A stretch of DNA of 35,827 nt from a virus (Duplodnaviria; Caudoviricetes), in the IMG/VR virus record IMGVR_UViG_3300032233_001211, positions 1 through 35,827 of that record. The stretch is one strand, 5' to 3'. Positions 15,336 to 24,082 of the stretch are shown here, in pieces. Positions within the stretch are counted from its first letter, which is position 1, and each line of letters opens with the position of its first letter. The position numbers were made by a program, and so were the translations under genes. Under the pieces are notes generated by a model. The model did no database searches, had not been told where the DNA came from, and saw only the letters and a program-made list of their open reading frames with translations.

Positions 15336-16523
15336 ATGCCTACCATGCTTACTGGGGTAGTTGACGACGCGGATATTCTGTCCAATCAGCGCGTCGTTGA
15401 TATGTCCCCCACCATTGCGCAGCTTGAGCCCGATGAGGCTCCGCTGACGACGATGCTTCAGAAGACGAGCAAGCGCGCAGCTTTCTCGCAGAAGGTCGAG
15501 TGGCTGTCGGACGAACTCGTTCCGCGTCTCACGACTCTCAGTGCTTCCGCGACTTCCTCGGCTACGGCCCTGTCGGTTGCTACTGGTACTGGCACGTACT
15601 TCCGCCCCGGCGACGTTGTTCGTATTGCGTCTACGGGTGAGAACTGTGCTGTTAGCGCCGTGTCTGCTGACACGGTGTATCTCGTTGGTCGCGCTCTTGG
15701 TCAGTCGGCTGTTTCGCCGCTGCCTAGTGCGATTACGAGCGTTTCGGCTGCGAGCGGCGTTGATCTGATTAAGGTTGGCAATGCTGCTGCTGAAGGCGCG
15801 ACTCTTGGCACGCTTATTCAGACCAAGAAGGTTGCTAACTTCAACTACGCGCAGATTCAGCGTGACCCGTGGGGCTTTACGAACACGCTGGTTGCGTCGA
15901 AGCTGTACGGCGGCCCGGAGCCTGCTAACGAGGCCAAGAAGAAGCTGATCGAGCATAAGCGCCAGATGGAGAACACTCTTTTCTGGGGCGTGCGCGATCT
16001 GGTTACGACTGGTTCGGCTCCGATTGGTTACGTCGGCGGCCTGTATCAGTACATCCAGTCCAACCTGACGGCTAGCGTCGGCACCCTTACGGAGAGCGTT
16101 TTTGAGACGTTCCTTCGCAAGGCGTTTCGTTACGGTTCGCAGAACAAGGTTATGTTCTGCTCGCCGCTCGTCGCGTCGGCACTGTCGAGCTTCCCGCAGG
16201 GTAAGCTTGCTCCGCCGTCGCCGTCGATTGACACGTACGGCGTGTCGCTGAGCAAGTACCAGTCCGCTTCGGGCGCAATGGTTGACATTGCCATCAAGCG
16301 TGATTGGTACGACTTCGCGGCTGCCGGGAATCAGTACGGCGGCATTGGCGTCGTCGTGGACATGGACGATATTACGATGCGTCCTCTCCGCGATACGGTG
16401 CTAAAGCCGGATCGTCAGGCGAACGATGAGGACTCCATTAAGCAGGAGTACCTTACCGAGTGGTCGCTTGAGATCGGCCTTGAGAAGAAGCACGCTATCA
16501 TCTCTGGCATCACAGGCTACTAA
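15336..16523 (+). CDS. Major capsid protein (SU10/DUF5309-like)
   Basis: 'PLTTML', 'EWLSDEL', 'NYAQI', 'KLIEHKRQMENTLFWG', 'EWSLEIGLEKKHA' pattern; codon usage typical of a highly expressed gene. Confidence 0.85.
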   Translation: MPTMLTGVVDDADILSNQRVVDMSPTIAQLEPDEAPLTTMLQKTSKRAAFSQKVEWLSDELVPRLTTLSASATSSATALSVATGTGTYFRPGDVVRIASTGENCAVSAVSADTVYLVGRALGQSAVSPLPSAITSVSAASGVDLIKVGNAAAEGATLGTLIQTKKVANFNYAQIQRDPWGFTNTLVASKLYGGPEPANEAKKKLIEHKRQMENTLFWGVRDLVTTGSAPIGYVGGLYQYIQSNLTASVGTLTESVFETFLRKAFRYGSQNKVMFCSPLVASALSSFPQGKLAPPSPSIDTYGVSLSKYQSASGAMVDIAIKRDWYDFAAAGNQYGGIGVVVDMDDITMRPLRDTVLKPDRQANDEDSIKQEYLTEWSLEIGLEKKHAIISGITGY

Positions 16524-16533
16524 GCCAACAAGT

Positions 16534-16567
16534 CTGGGAGAGCCGCTAATAGTGGCGGCTCTCCCAG
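16534..16567 (+). terminator. Hairpin after the MCP gene
   Basis: CTGGGAGAGCCGCTA-ATAG-TGGCGGCTCTCCCAG, a 15-bp stem with one G-U; no immediate U-run. Confidence 0.7.
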
Positions 16568-16597
16568 CGCGACTTTCCTACCGACCGGGAGAAACAA

Positions 16598-17242
16598 ATG
16601 CGTTTCGTTAGTAAAAGTTCTAATTTTACGTTTATCGCTCAGCCTGACAAGGTTCAGATGGTGCTTGGGCCTGGTGGCGTGATGATTCCGCAGACTGTTC
16701 AGCCTGCAATTGTCTGCGATTTTGTGCATGGCATGTGCCGCCCCGACGAGGCGATGATGGCTGCTGAGCGGTGGCTTGGCCTTGGCGTTCGACGCGATGG
16801 TAGTCCGGCTGCGTTTGGTGCTGGCCCGACTGTGTCAAGTGGCGTTGTCAATGGCGTTGCGCATGATGGTTGGAATCCGATGCTTAAGTTCAGTGTCTTT
16901 GACACGGAAAGCATCCCTGACGAGGCTTCTCGCAAGATTGCTGAGGAGCGCCTTCTCACTGATTCTGCTAACGGAAACTACTATATCCTTGTTAGTGATA
17001 AGAAGCTTGATCCGCCGTGGCCGACGTACGAGGACATGAAGGGCGTTAAGGGCGCTCCGGTGTCTAAGCAGGTTACGGAGATGATTCGTAACGGTGGCTT
17101 TGACCTTGATTACGTTTCTGCGTACGAGGCTGCTCGTGAGAATCCGCGCCAGGATGTTATTGACGCTATTGAGGTTCTTCGTGCTGAGCTTATTGCTGAG
17201 GCGAATGATGATGCTTCGCTTCGTCGTGAGATTCCAGCCTAG
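16598..17242 (+). CDS. Hypothetical head-module protein
   Basis: GGGAG SD; C-terminal 'YEAARENPRQDVIDAI' helical motif. Confidence 0.75.
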   Translation: MRFVSKSSNFTFIAQPDKVQMVLGPGGVMIPQTVQPAIVCDFVHGMCRPDEAMMAAERWLGLGVRRDGSPAAFGAGPTVSSGVVNGVAHDGWNPMLKFSVFDTESIPDEASRKIAEERLLTDSANGNYYILVSDKKLDPPWPTYEDMKGVKGAPVSKQVTEMIRNGGFDLDYVSAYEAARENPRQDVIDAIEVLRAELIAEANDDASLRREIPA

Positions 17243-17244
17243 TA

Positions 17245-18813
17245 GTGCATAACGATATTGCGGCTCATAAGGCGAATGTTCTTCGTCATGTGACTGTTGT
17301 GATGCCGTGGGGTGGCGAGAAAGAGCATTTGTTGAAAGATGCTATTCGCTCGCTGCCTCGCGGCATTCGTGTTGTTATTGCCAAGAATGCGGGTAAGCAT
17401 GAGATGGCTGCTGCGTTTAATGAGGCTATAAAAAATGTGCGCACAAAGTACACGTTTATTATGGGCGCTGATGATGTGATTGATTCTAAGACGCTTTGGC
17501 GTTTGTGGGAGGCGGCTATTGGTGCGGACGGGGCGTATCCGTGGATGCTTGTTTTTGGTGAGAATCGTTACCGGATGCTTGCGGAAGCGTGGTGTCCTCG
17601 CCGGTTGCAGGATGCGAATTTGTGTGGCGTGATGCTTGTTAAGACCGATGCTATTCGTAGTGTTGGTGGTTATCGTGATGTTCCGATTGAGGATTGGGAT
17701 ATGACGTATCGGTTGGGGCAGGCTGGCTATCGGCTGAATCCTGCTCCGCTTGCTCGTTACGGGTATCGTCAGCAGAGCGATGGGTTGCACCGGTCTACGA
17801 TTCGCGAGGCTAATAGGCTTGGCATGGGCTGGGCAGACTTAGCGCCTTACGAGACGCGCGTAGAGGTACCTGCGGTGTTCTACGAGTGGAGGCTTGACGG
17901 AACGGGTTATGTTCGCTCCGAACTCGCCTCACGCACCACAGGGAGCGTTGTGCGCACGAGTATCGATCAGCGCGATCAGCACAAAGCGAAGTCTTGGGTG
18001 TTTCAGTATCCAAACTCCGATGCGCAAGCGTTTTGGGATAAAGCTAAAGAGCTAGGGAAGCGTCGCATTGTCGATGTTGACGATAATTATGTGTCGCCAG
18101 AGCTAGAACAAGTTGTGCGCGAGTTTCATCCAGAGAACGCTGATAGGTGGGCTGAGCGTCAAGAGTCTCATAAGCGAATGGTTCGCGAATCTGATGGAGT
18201 TATTTGTGCAACCCCGGCTCTTGCTGAGGTTTACGCAGAGTTTAACGACAACATTATTGTTTGCGAGAACACGGTTGATCCGTCTGATTGGAATTATTCT
18301 TCATCAAAGAAGAAAATAGTTGGCGTTGTCTTGTCTCAGAATCACCTTAGGGACATTCCGCTAGTGGAAGAAGCGTGTCGGGCAGCGTCGATGATTAAGG
18401 GTGTTGAGGTTCAGGTTGTTGGACTTGACCCCAATTGGGACTTTTCTTACACTAGCTTTAGCTTTACTCCTAGCGTTGCTTCGTATCGTCGCGTCTTGTC
18501 TAGGTGGAGCATTGGCTTGGCCCCTGTTATTGACAATGATGTTACTCGTTGTAAGAGCGACCTTAAGTGGTTGGAGTTTACGATGAGTAAGGCTGTGCTT
18601 GTTGCTAGCGACTCCGAAGCGTATAAGCGTGTGCCGGATGATTGCATTATGCGCGCTACAAACGCTGAAGAGTTTAAGGATCGAGTTGTTTCGTTGTTGC
18701 GTGACGAGTCTCGTCGTAAACAACTATTACGTGCTTCTACGTTTCACGTGAAACAAAATCGTCTTGTTGGCAATGAGTCGTTGCGGAACAGGTACAATAC
18801 ACTATTAGTATGA
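17245..18813 (+). CDS. Two-domain glycosyltransferase (N-terminal GT2/GT-A-like, C-terminal GT4/GT-B-like)
   Basis: 'TVVMP', 'GADD', 'VGGY', 'EDWD' (GT2); 'DVDD', 'IGLAP', 'KSDLKWLEF', 'VAS' (GT4-like). Confidence 0.85.
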   Translation: MHNDIAAHKANVLRHVTVVMPWGGEKEHLLKDAIRSLPRGIRVVIAKNAGKHEMAAAFNEAIKNVRTKYTFIMGADDVIDSKTLWRLWEAAIGADGAYPWMLVFGENRYRMLAEAWCPRRLQDANLCGVMLVKTDAIRSVGGYRDVPIEDWDMTYRLGQAGYRLNPAPLARYGYRQQSDGLHRSTIREANRLGMGWADLAPYETRVEVPAVFYEWRLDGTGYVRSELASRTTGSVVRTSIDQRDQHKAKSWVFQYPNSDAQAFWDKAKELGKRRIVDVDDNYVSPELEQVVREFHPENADRWAERQESHKRMVRESDGVICATPALAEVYAEFNDNIIVCENTVDPSDWNYSSSKKKIVGVVLSQNHLRDIPLVEEACRAASMIKGVEVQVVGLDPNWDFSYTSFSFTPSVASYRRVLSRWSIGLAPVIDNDVTRCKSDLKWLEFTMSKAVLVASDSEAYKRVPDDCIMRATNAEEFKDRVVSLLRDESRRKQLLRASTFHVKQNRLVGNESLRNRYNTLLV

Positions 18814-19193
18814 AAGTCATTGAGCATCAGGCGTGGCGTAGGCCCATTCTTGCGCACGCAGAAGAAACGTATGATCTTGTTGCCGGAGAGCCTAAGCGCG
18901 CCATTATGTGGTACATCCACGGCAAGTATCAAGAGGAAGACCAGAAGCGCCTTGCCCAGGGGCTTGCGTGTGGCGATTGTCTTAGCGTGTTTCCTGCCCG
19001 GCCAGCGATGGAGAATTTGCGGGATTGGCGACCAATTGCGCACGAGTGGAGCTACATTCGAACTCCTAGCGAAGTGCTTGCTCTTGTTGCCCAGGGGCGC
19101 TGTCCTACGTGTAGTAGCGAGGTGTCTCCGGAGATGCATAACCTTATGCATCGCGGCCTTGACCCGTTTCGACCGAAGGGGATGGATAGCTAG
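18810..19193 (+). CDS. Hypothetical zinc-ribbon protein
   Basis: CGDC and CPTC motifs; overlaps the GT stop; TACACT 6 nt before the ATG. Confidence 0.7.
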   Translation: MKVIEHQAWRRPILAHAEETYDLVAGEPKRAIMWYIHGKYQEEDQKRLAQGLACGDCLSVFPARPAMENLRDWRPIAHEWSYIRTPSEVLALVAQGRCPTCSSEVSPEMHNLMHRGLDPFRPKGMDS

Positions 19194-19888
19194 TGGCTAC
19201 GTTTGCTCAGCTTAAAACGCGCGCAGAGAATCTTGCGCTTGCTTCTGACGATGACGAAGCGGGATTGTGCGTTAACGATGCGTTGACTGACATTGTTGTA
19301 ACGTCGCAGCTAAAAATTACCGTTGCAGACGCTCCGCTTATTGGCGGGTTGTCCGTGTACGACTTGTCTGCTGATCTTGGTATTACCGACTTTGGCGCGC
19401 TCCAGTATCTAGAGTATCTCGCTCTTGGCGCAACGCAGTCTTACATTCTTGAGCCTATTGCCGCTGACGAGATCCTTGCGTTGACTGCGACTAACCCTAT
19501 TGGCGCTGCTCGACAGTATGCGTTCTTGGGGCTAGATACGATTCGGTTGTGGCCTGTGCCGCAGGCAACTGGGGACATCCTGAAAGTGTATTACGCTCAG
19601 ACTCCCACGGAGCTGACCACTGAAGGGCAGGTGCCTACGGATATTCCGTCGCAATGGCACTGGCTTATTACCATTGGCGCTGCTGCTCGCCTGGCTGACG
19701 CGGTTGGCGAGGATCAAAACCTTAGCGCAGCTCTTGACGCAAAGTTCCAGCTTGGAATGGCTGCGTTCCAGAAGTTTATGACTCGTCGTTCGGGCCGCAC
19801 CGCTCGTCGTATTCAGGCTGGTTACTTGCGTAATCCGCGCCGTCCATTCCACGATAATTCGACGTATTATTCTGCTGGCTCGCGCTAA
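19193..19888 (+). CDS. Head-tail adaptor protein
   Basis: 'MATFAQLKTR' start, 'IRLWPVP', 'DIPSQWH..I..GA' motifs typical of podovirus adaptors. Confidence 0.75.
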   Translation: MATFAQLKTRAENLALASDDDEAGLCVNDALTDIVVTSQLKITVADAPLIGGLSVYDLSADLGITDFGALQYLEYLALGATQSYILEPIAADEILALTATNPIGAARQYAFLGLDTIRLWPVPQATGDILKVYYAQTPTELTTEGQVPTDIPSQWHWLITIGAAARLADAVGEDQNLSAALDAKFQLGMAAFQKFMTRRSGRTARRIQAGYLRNPRRPFHDNSTYYSAGSR

Positions 19889-21954
19889 TGGCAGGAACCC
19901 TGAAATACGTTTCGCACGCCAACTTTGGGCTTGGCATGATTCAGGATTCGCCACGACACTTGCTTCCTGATGGTGCTGTGTGGGATGCGTCGAACATTGT
20001 AATTACTCGTTCGGGTTCGCTCGCTAAGCGTGGCGCGTCTACAAGCGCAATCCTGGCAAAGTCGAGCATTGTTCCTAAGAGCATTGGTGCGCAGAAGTCT
20101 GCTGCTGGTGATGGTTTGACGGAGCTTTACGCTTTGTCGTTTAACGGGTCTACTGGCGTTACGGTTAGTTCGCTTGATCTTGCTTCTACTCAGCAACCAT
20201 TGTATTCGTTTAACTCGTCTTTGACGACTAATGCTTTTGGTGTGAATCCGGTTGTGTTTGGCGATTCGTGCGTGTTTAGCCTTGATGGGCCTAGCACTCT
20301 CGCGTTTTGTGGTGGGATGAGTATGCAGAACGCTGTAGAGTTTTCCGCAGCAAGCGTAAGCATTGCCATTACCGCCGGGTCTAATATTATTCCTGTTGGC
20401 GCAAGTATTGCTGCCCAGTGCGCTGTTGGTGGGTATGTCCACCTCAGCATTGTTGGCACAAGCGAGTACACCGGACGCATCACTGCAAAAGACGCAACAA
20501 CAATTACCGTTGACCCGCCCCCTGTTTCTGCGTTTACCGCCACTAGCTTTGCTTTCTACCCAGTTCTTCCTATGGTCGGAACGCGCAACGGGCTTAGCGG
20601 TTCTAACGGGTCGTACCCTATTGCTGCTGGTTGTGTTGGCACGTTTTCTAGTGGCCGAGACACGCGCCTGTTGCTTGGCGATGTGACAATTCAGGTACAG
20701 GGTGGTACGGCTACTCGATATCCGAATCGAGTGATGTGGAGCGCGCGCGAAAAGACGGACGCGGCAACGCCAAACTGTGACGGTTTGATCCAGGCAACCA
20801 GGGGTGGTTGGCCTCAGCTTAACTATATTGACATTGAAGACATTGATCGAATCCTTGCCCTTGTTCCGATTGGTTCGGGCAACCTTCTGGTTGTTGGTGG
20901 TAATCAGTGCGTGATGCTGAGTGGTTCTTTGACGACGCAGATTGAAGCAAGCGCAACGAACCTGGCGAAGAATGATCTTAGTGTGACTATTCGCGCTTTC
21001 CCTCAGCGCGTTGGTTGCCTTAGCGCTAAGAGTGTGCAGTCTACGTCTAAGGGCGTGATGTTTGCGTCTCGTGATGGCGTGTACATTACGGATGGTTCAA
21101 AGCTTGTCAACACTATGGATGGTCGGATCAGTAATTTTTGGACTGAGAATAATGATCCTATTAATCCTATTATTTGGGATGCTTCGTTGTGGGACGGCCC
21201 CGATGTGTGGAGCGCTAGTACGGCCAATGATGCTGTAAACGGCTCGGCCAATATTAACGATAGTCATTATTTTATTAGCATGGCTAAGCAAGGCTTTTTT
21301 TGTGATTTGCGTTCTGGTTTTGCGTGGACAAGAGTCCCCGCATCACAGCTTCAGATTGGCGGCAGCGTTGTTGATCCGGAGCAGACAAGTAATCGAGTCT
21401 ATGCTTTTCCGTCTAACTACACGACTAGTAGCGCCTCCAGCATGGATCGTGTTATGCGTCTTGATCCTGTTGTTGTTCCGTCTAGTGGCGTTGTTGATGC
21501 TGACGGGACAGAGTTTATTTCGTTTTTTGAAACGAGGGCTTATGTTGAGGGCGATCCGGCGCAGAAGCGTAGGTTCCGTCATCTTCTTGTAACGTTCCAG
21601 GCTGCGTTGACGTACGGTTTGTTTCCTTCTAATACGTTGTACCCAGCGCAGCCTCAGGTACCGTCTGGCTTGTCGGCTTTGGCCCTTGCTTCGTTGTATC
21701 CGTCGTCGCTTTACAATGCTGGGTTTACTGTGAATGCTTGGGAAGGTCTTGACCCTGATACTTCGTTGCCTTCTGTGTCTACCTCTAATACGACTAGTTC
21801 TAGTTCTACGAGTCAGACTGTTCGATACGATTCTCAGGTTATTTCTAATGCTATTTCGTATCGTGTGACGACTACGGGTACTCCTTCGAGTCTTGTGTTT
21901 TACGAGTTTACAAATGCGTTTAATCAGTTGCGTCCTGGGCGGGTGAATGCGTAG
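19888..21954 (+). CDS. Tail nozzle/stabilisation protein (P22 gp10/T7 gp12-like position)
   Basis: Beta-rich 688 aa; 'NRVMWS', 'VGCLSAKSV', 'DGVYITDG', 'KRRFR' motifs; follows the adaptor. Confidence 0.7.
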   Translation: MAGTLKYVSHANFGLGMIQDSPRHLLPDGAVWDASNIVITRSGSLAKRGASTSAILAKSSIVPKSIGAQKSAAGDGLTELYALSFNGSTGVTVSSLDLASTQQPLYSFNSSLTTNAFGVNPVVFGDSCVFSLDGPSTLAFCGGMSMQNAVEFSAASVSIAITAGSNIIPVGASIAAQCAVGGYVHLSIVGTSEYTGRITAKDATTITVDPPPVSAFTATSFAFYPVLPMVGTRNGLSGSNGSYPIAAGCVGTFSSGRDTRLLLGDVTIQVQGGTATRYPNRVMWSAREKTDAATPNCDGLIQATRGGWPQLNYIDIEDIDRILALVPIGSGNLLVVGGNQCVMLSGSLTTQIEASATNLAKNDLSVTIRAFPQRVGCLSAKSVQSTSKGVMFASRDGVYITDGSKLVNTMDGRISNFWTENNDPINPIIWDASLWDGPDVWSASTANDAVNGSANINDSHYFISMAKQGFFCDLRSGFAWTRVPASQLQIGGSVVDPEQTSNRVYAFPSNYTTSSASSMDRVMRLDPVVVPSSGVVDADGTEFISFFETRAYVEGDPAQKRRFRHLLVTFQAALTYGLFPSNTLYPAQPQVPSGLSALALASLYPSSLYNAGFTVNAWEGLDPDTSLPSVSTSNTTSSSSTSQTVRYDSQVISNAISYRVTTTGTPSSLVFYEFTNAFNQLRPGRVNA

Positions 21955-22688
21955 TGGCTAAGGATCTTGAGGCTCCTAAGCCGTTTGTGCCTAGTGTGTT
22001 TTCTGATGGCAATAAGCTTGATGCGGGGAATGTTGAGGAGATGCGCTTCGGGTTGGCTGGGTCGGGGCCGCTCGCTAAGGCTGTGCTTGATTCTAATGTT
22101 GTTGGGGCTAGGATACAATTAGGTCTTGGGGCTAGCGCAATTGCTGGGGTAATTAGTATGTATGGTGGCACTGTTCTTCCGGCTGGATACTTGTGGTGTG
22201 ACGGTTCGCAGCAGCTTATTGCTGCGTATCCTGCTTTGTTTGCGGCTCTTGGTGTTAGTCGTTATGGAGTTGATACGGCTACTCAATTCTTTTTGCCAGA
22301 TTTGCGCAGTCGTTTTACGCGCGGTTCTTCTGCTAGTGGTGCCGCTATTGTTCAAACAACTAACAATATTCATCAACACAACATTGACCATAACCATAAT
22401 ACAAACGGAGCAAATACATCAAGCACTGGCGACCATAACCACAACAATAATGGTGCTAATACGGGCGGCAACGACAACAATAACAGCTTTCGGTTTCCGG
22501 CTTCTGGTACCCTAATTACTGTTGCGAATGCTGGACATACGCATGGTGTTAATGGTGCGTCTACAAGTAGTACTGGTGGGCATAATCACAGCGTAAACGG
22601 AGCAAGCACAGTCGCCGCAACGCTTACTAGCGCAAACCAGGATTATGTTCCTGCATATGTTTCTGTAAATTACATTATTAAAACATGA
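21954..22688 (+). CDS. Tail fibre with phage tail collar domain
   Basis: 'PAGYLWCDGS...YPALFAALG..YG...FFLPDLRSRF' collar motif, repeated HxH motifs, terminal 'VNYIIKT'. Confidence 0.85.
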   Translation: MAKDLEAPKPFVPSVFSDGNKLDAGNVEEMRFGLAGSGPLAKAVLDSNVVGARIQLGLGASAIAGVISMYGGTVLPAGYLWCDGSQQLIAAYPALFAALGVSRYGVDTATQFFLPDLRSRFTRGSSASGAAIVQTTNNIHQHNIDHNHNTNGANTSSTGDHNHNNNGANTGGNDNNNSFRFPASGTLITVANAGHTHGVNGASTSSTGGHNHSVNGASTVAATLTSANQDYVPAYVSVNYIIKT

Positions 22689-23407
22689 AAACAATTACAT
22701 TTATTCCCGTTAATCCTATGTGGGCAAATCGAATTGCGCCCCCAAAACCCGCTTCCCAATTTCTTCCCGATTGGTATAAGCAGCAAAAAGCATTAAGTGC
22801 AGAAAAAATGATTGTAGGGAGCAATGGTGTTCCTAACAGTACGATTAAAAAGTGTATGCCCGTTTTTGACGAGATGACAGCCGGGTACATTATTTCTCTT
22901 GCTTCTGATCTTTTGTTCACGCTTAACGAAGACGAAAACGGCGAGCGGTATCATCATGTTGATTGGAGCATTGCTGATTGTTCTAATTTTATTAGTACGC
23001 ATTCCCCAGTGCAGGTTTCAAAAGTTCCAATTCCTTCTGGGTTTGCGAGGTGTCCGTTTAAGTTTAAAAACTTTTATCGCATCCAAACTCCTGCTGGCTA
23101 TTCGTGCTTGTTTAAACATCCTTTCTGGTTAAATCCAGACGCTCCGTTTTTGTCTTTGTCTGGTATTGTTGATACCGACGCTCACCCAATTCCGGTTGAG
23201 TTCCCCTTTTTAGTTAAAGAATCTTTTGAGGGAATCATTGAAGCTGGCACGCCGATTATGCAAGTGATTCCTTTTAAGCGCCAGGAGTGGAGGCACGAAG
23301 TCGTTGGGGACAATAACGATGCTGGTCACGAGGAGTTTGCTAAGACAACCGTAAAGTGGACTAATAGGTATAAAGGCGCATTTAGGAGTCTTAAGTCGTG
23401 GAAGTAA
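22685..23407 (+). CDS. Conserved hypothetical protein, possible dUTPase-like fold
   Basis: 'PDWYK', 'KKCMP..D.MTAGY', 'TPAGYSCLF', 'SGIVDTD', 'GTPIMQVIPFKR' motifs; ATGA overlap with the fibre gene. Confidence 0.65.
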   Translation: MKTITFIPVNPMWANRIAPPKPASQFLPDWYKQQKALSAEKMIVGSNGVPNSTIKKCMPVFDEMTAGYIISLASDLLFTLNEDENGERYHHVDWSIADCSNFISTHSPVQVSKVPIPSGFARCPFKFKNFYRIQTPAGYSCLFKHPFWLNPDAPFLSLSGIVDTDAHPIPVEFPFLVKESFEGIIEAGTPIMQVIPFKRQEWRHEVVGDNNDAGHEEFAKTTVKWTNRYKGAFRSLKSWK

Positions 23408-23808
23408 ACAACATTATTTTAACGCTTGCTTGTTTTGGGCGTGTCTATAATCACCTGTCGGCAAACGATGCTGTTGCGGTTGCGCGCAAAACTGTTGAAA
23501 TTGCTGGCCCCGAGGCCGATGAGATTGATTTACTTAATGCTTGGGACGATGTTTGGGCTGTTAGCCTAAAGGCTGGTCTTATTTCCGAGGAAAACACAAG
23601 ACCTATTCATCCCATTCAAGCTAAAAAGAATGCTCTCAAATGGGAAACTGACGAGCGTGTTAGGAAAACAATTATGGAGTTTGTCCCCGAAGATGATGGT
23701 ATTAAGCGACCCGACCATTACGATGACTTGTCCCTAGCTGCCAGGCCCCCTAAGCCTAGAGATGCTAAAAAGCGTTGGGTTAAAAACAACAATCGCGTTA
23801 CTTCATAG
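23398..23808 (+). CDS. Hypothetical protein
   Basis: AGGAG SD; overlaps the previous gene. Confidence 0.6.
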   Translation: MEVNNIILTLACFGRVYNHLSANDAVAVARKTVEIAGPEADEIDLLNAWDDVWAVSLKAGLISEENTRPIHPIQAKKNALKWETDERVRKTIMEFVPEDDGIKRPDHYDDLSLAARPPKPRDAKKRWVKNNNRVTS

Positions 23809-23821
23809 GTATACTAATACT

Positions 23822-24082
23822 GTGACTTCCACGCTCTACGCACCACAACGAGTTAACTACAAGCCAACAATGCCTGCCGGACTACCCGCAAGTATTGATC
23901 CGCGTAAGGTTTTGCTTGAGTCTTTGAAGAAGCTTGGTGATAAGAAGACGACTGCGATTATGAATGAGTCGCCTGCTTCTGTGATGGGTGCGTTGACGAA
24001 TCCTAAGGATATTGGTAGTGGGATGAAGGGTAGTGTTCTTGGTGGCGTTGATATTCGTGCTCGGATGATGGGCGGCAATTAG
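23822..24082 (+). CDS. Hypothetical small virion-module protein
   Basis: In-frame GTG 6 nt after TATACT; TAGTG overlap with the next gene. Confidence 0.65.
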   Translation: MTSTLYAPQRVNYKPTMPAGLPASIDPRKVLLESLKKLGDKKTTAIMNESPASVMGALTNPKDIGSGMKGSVLGGVDIRARMMGGN

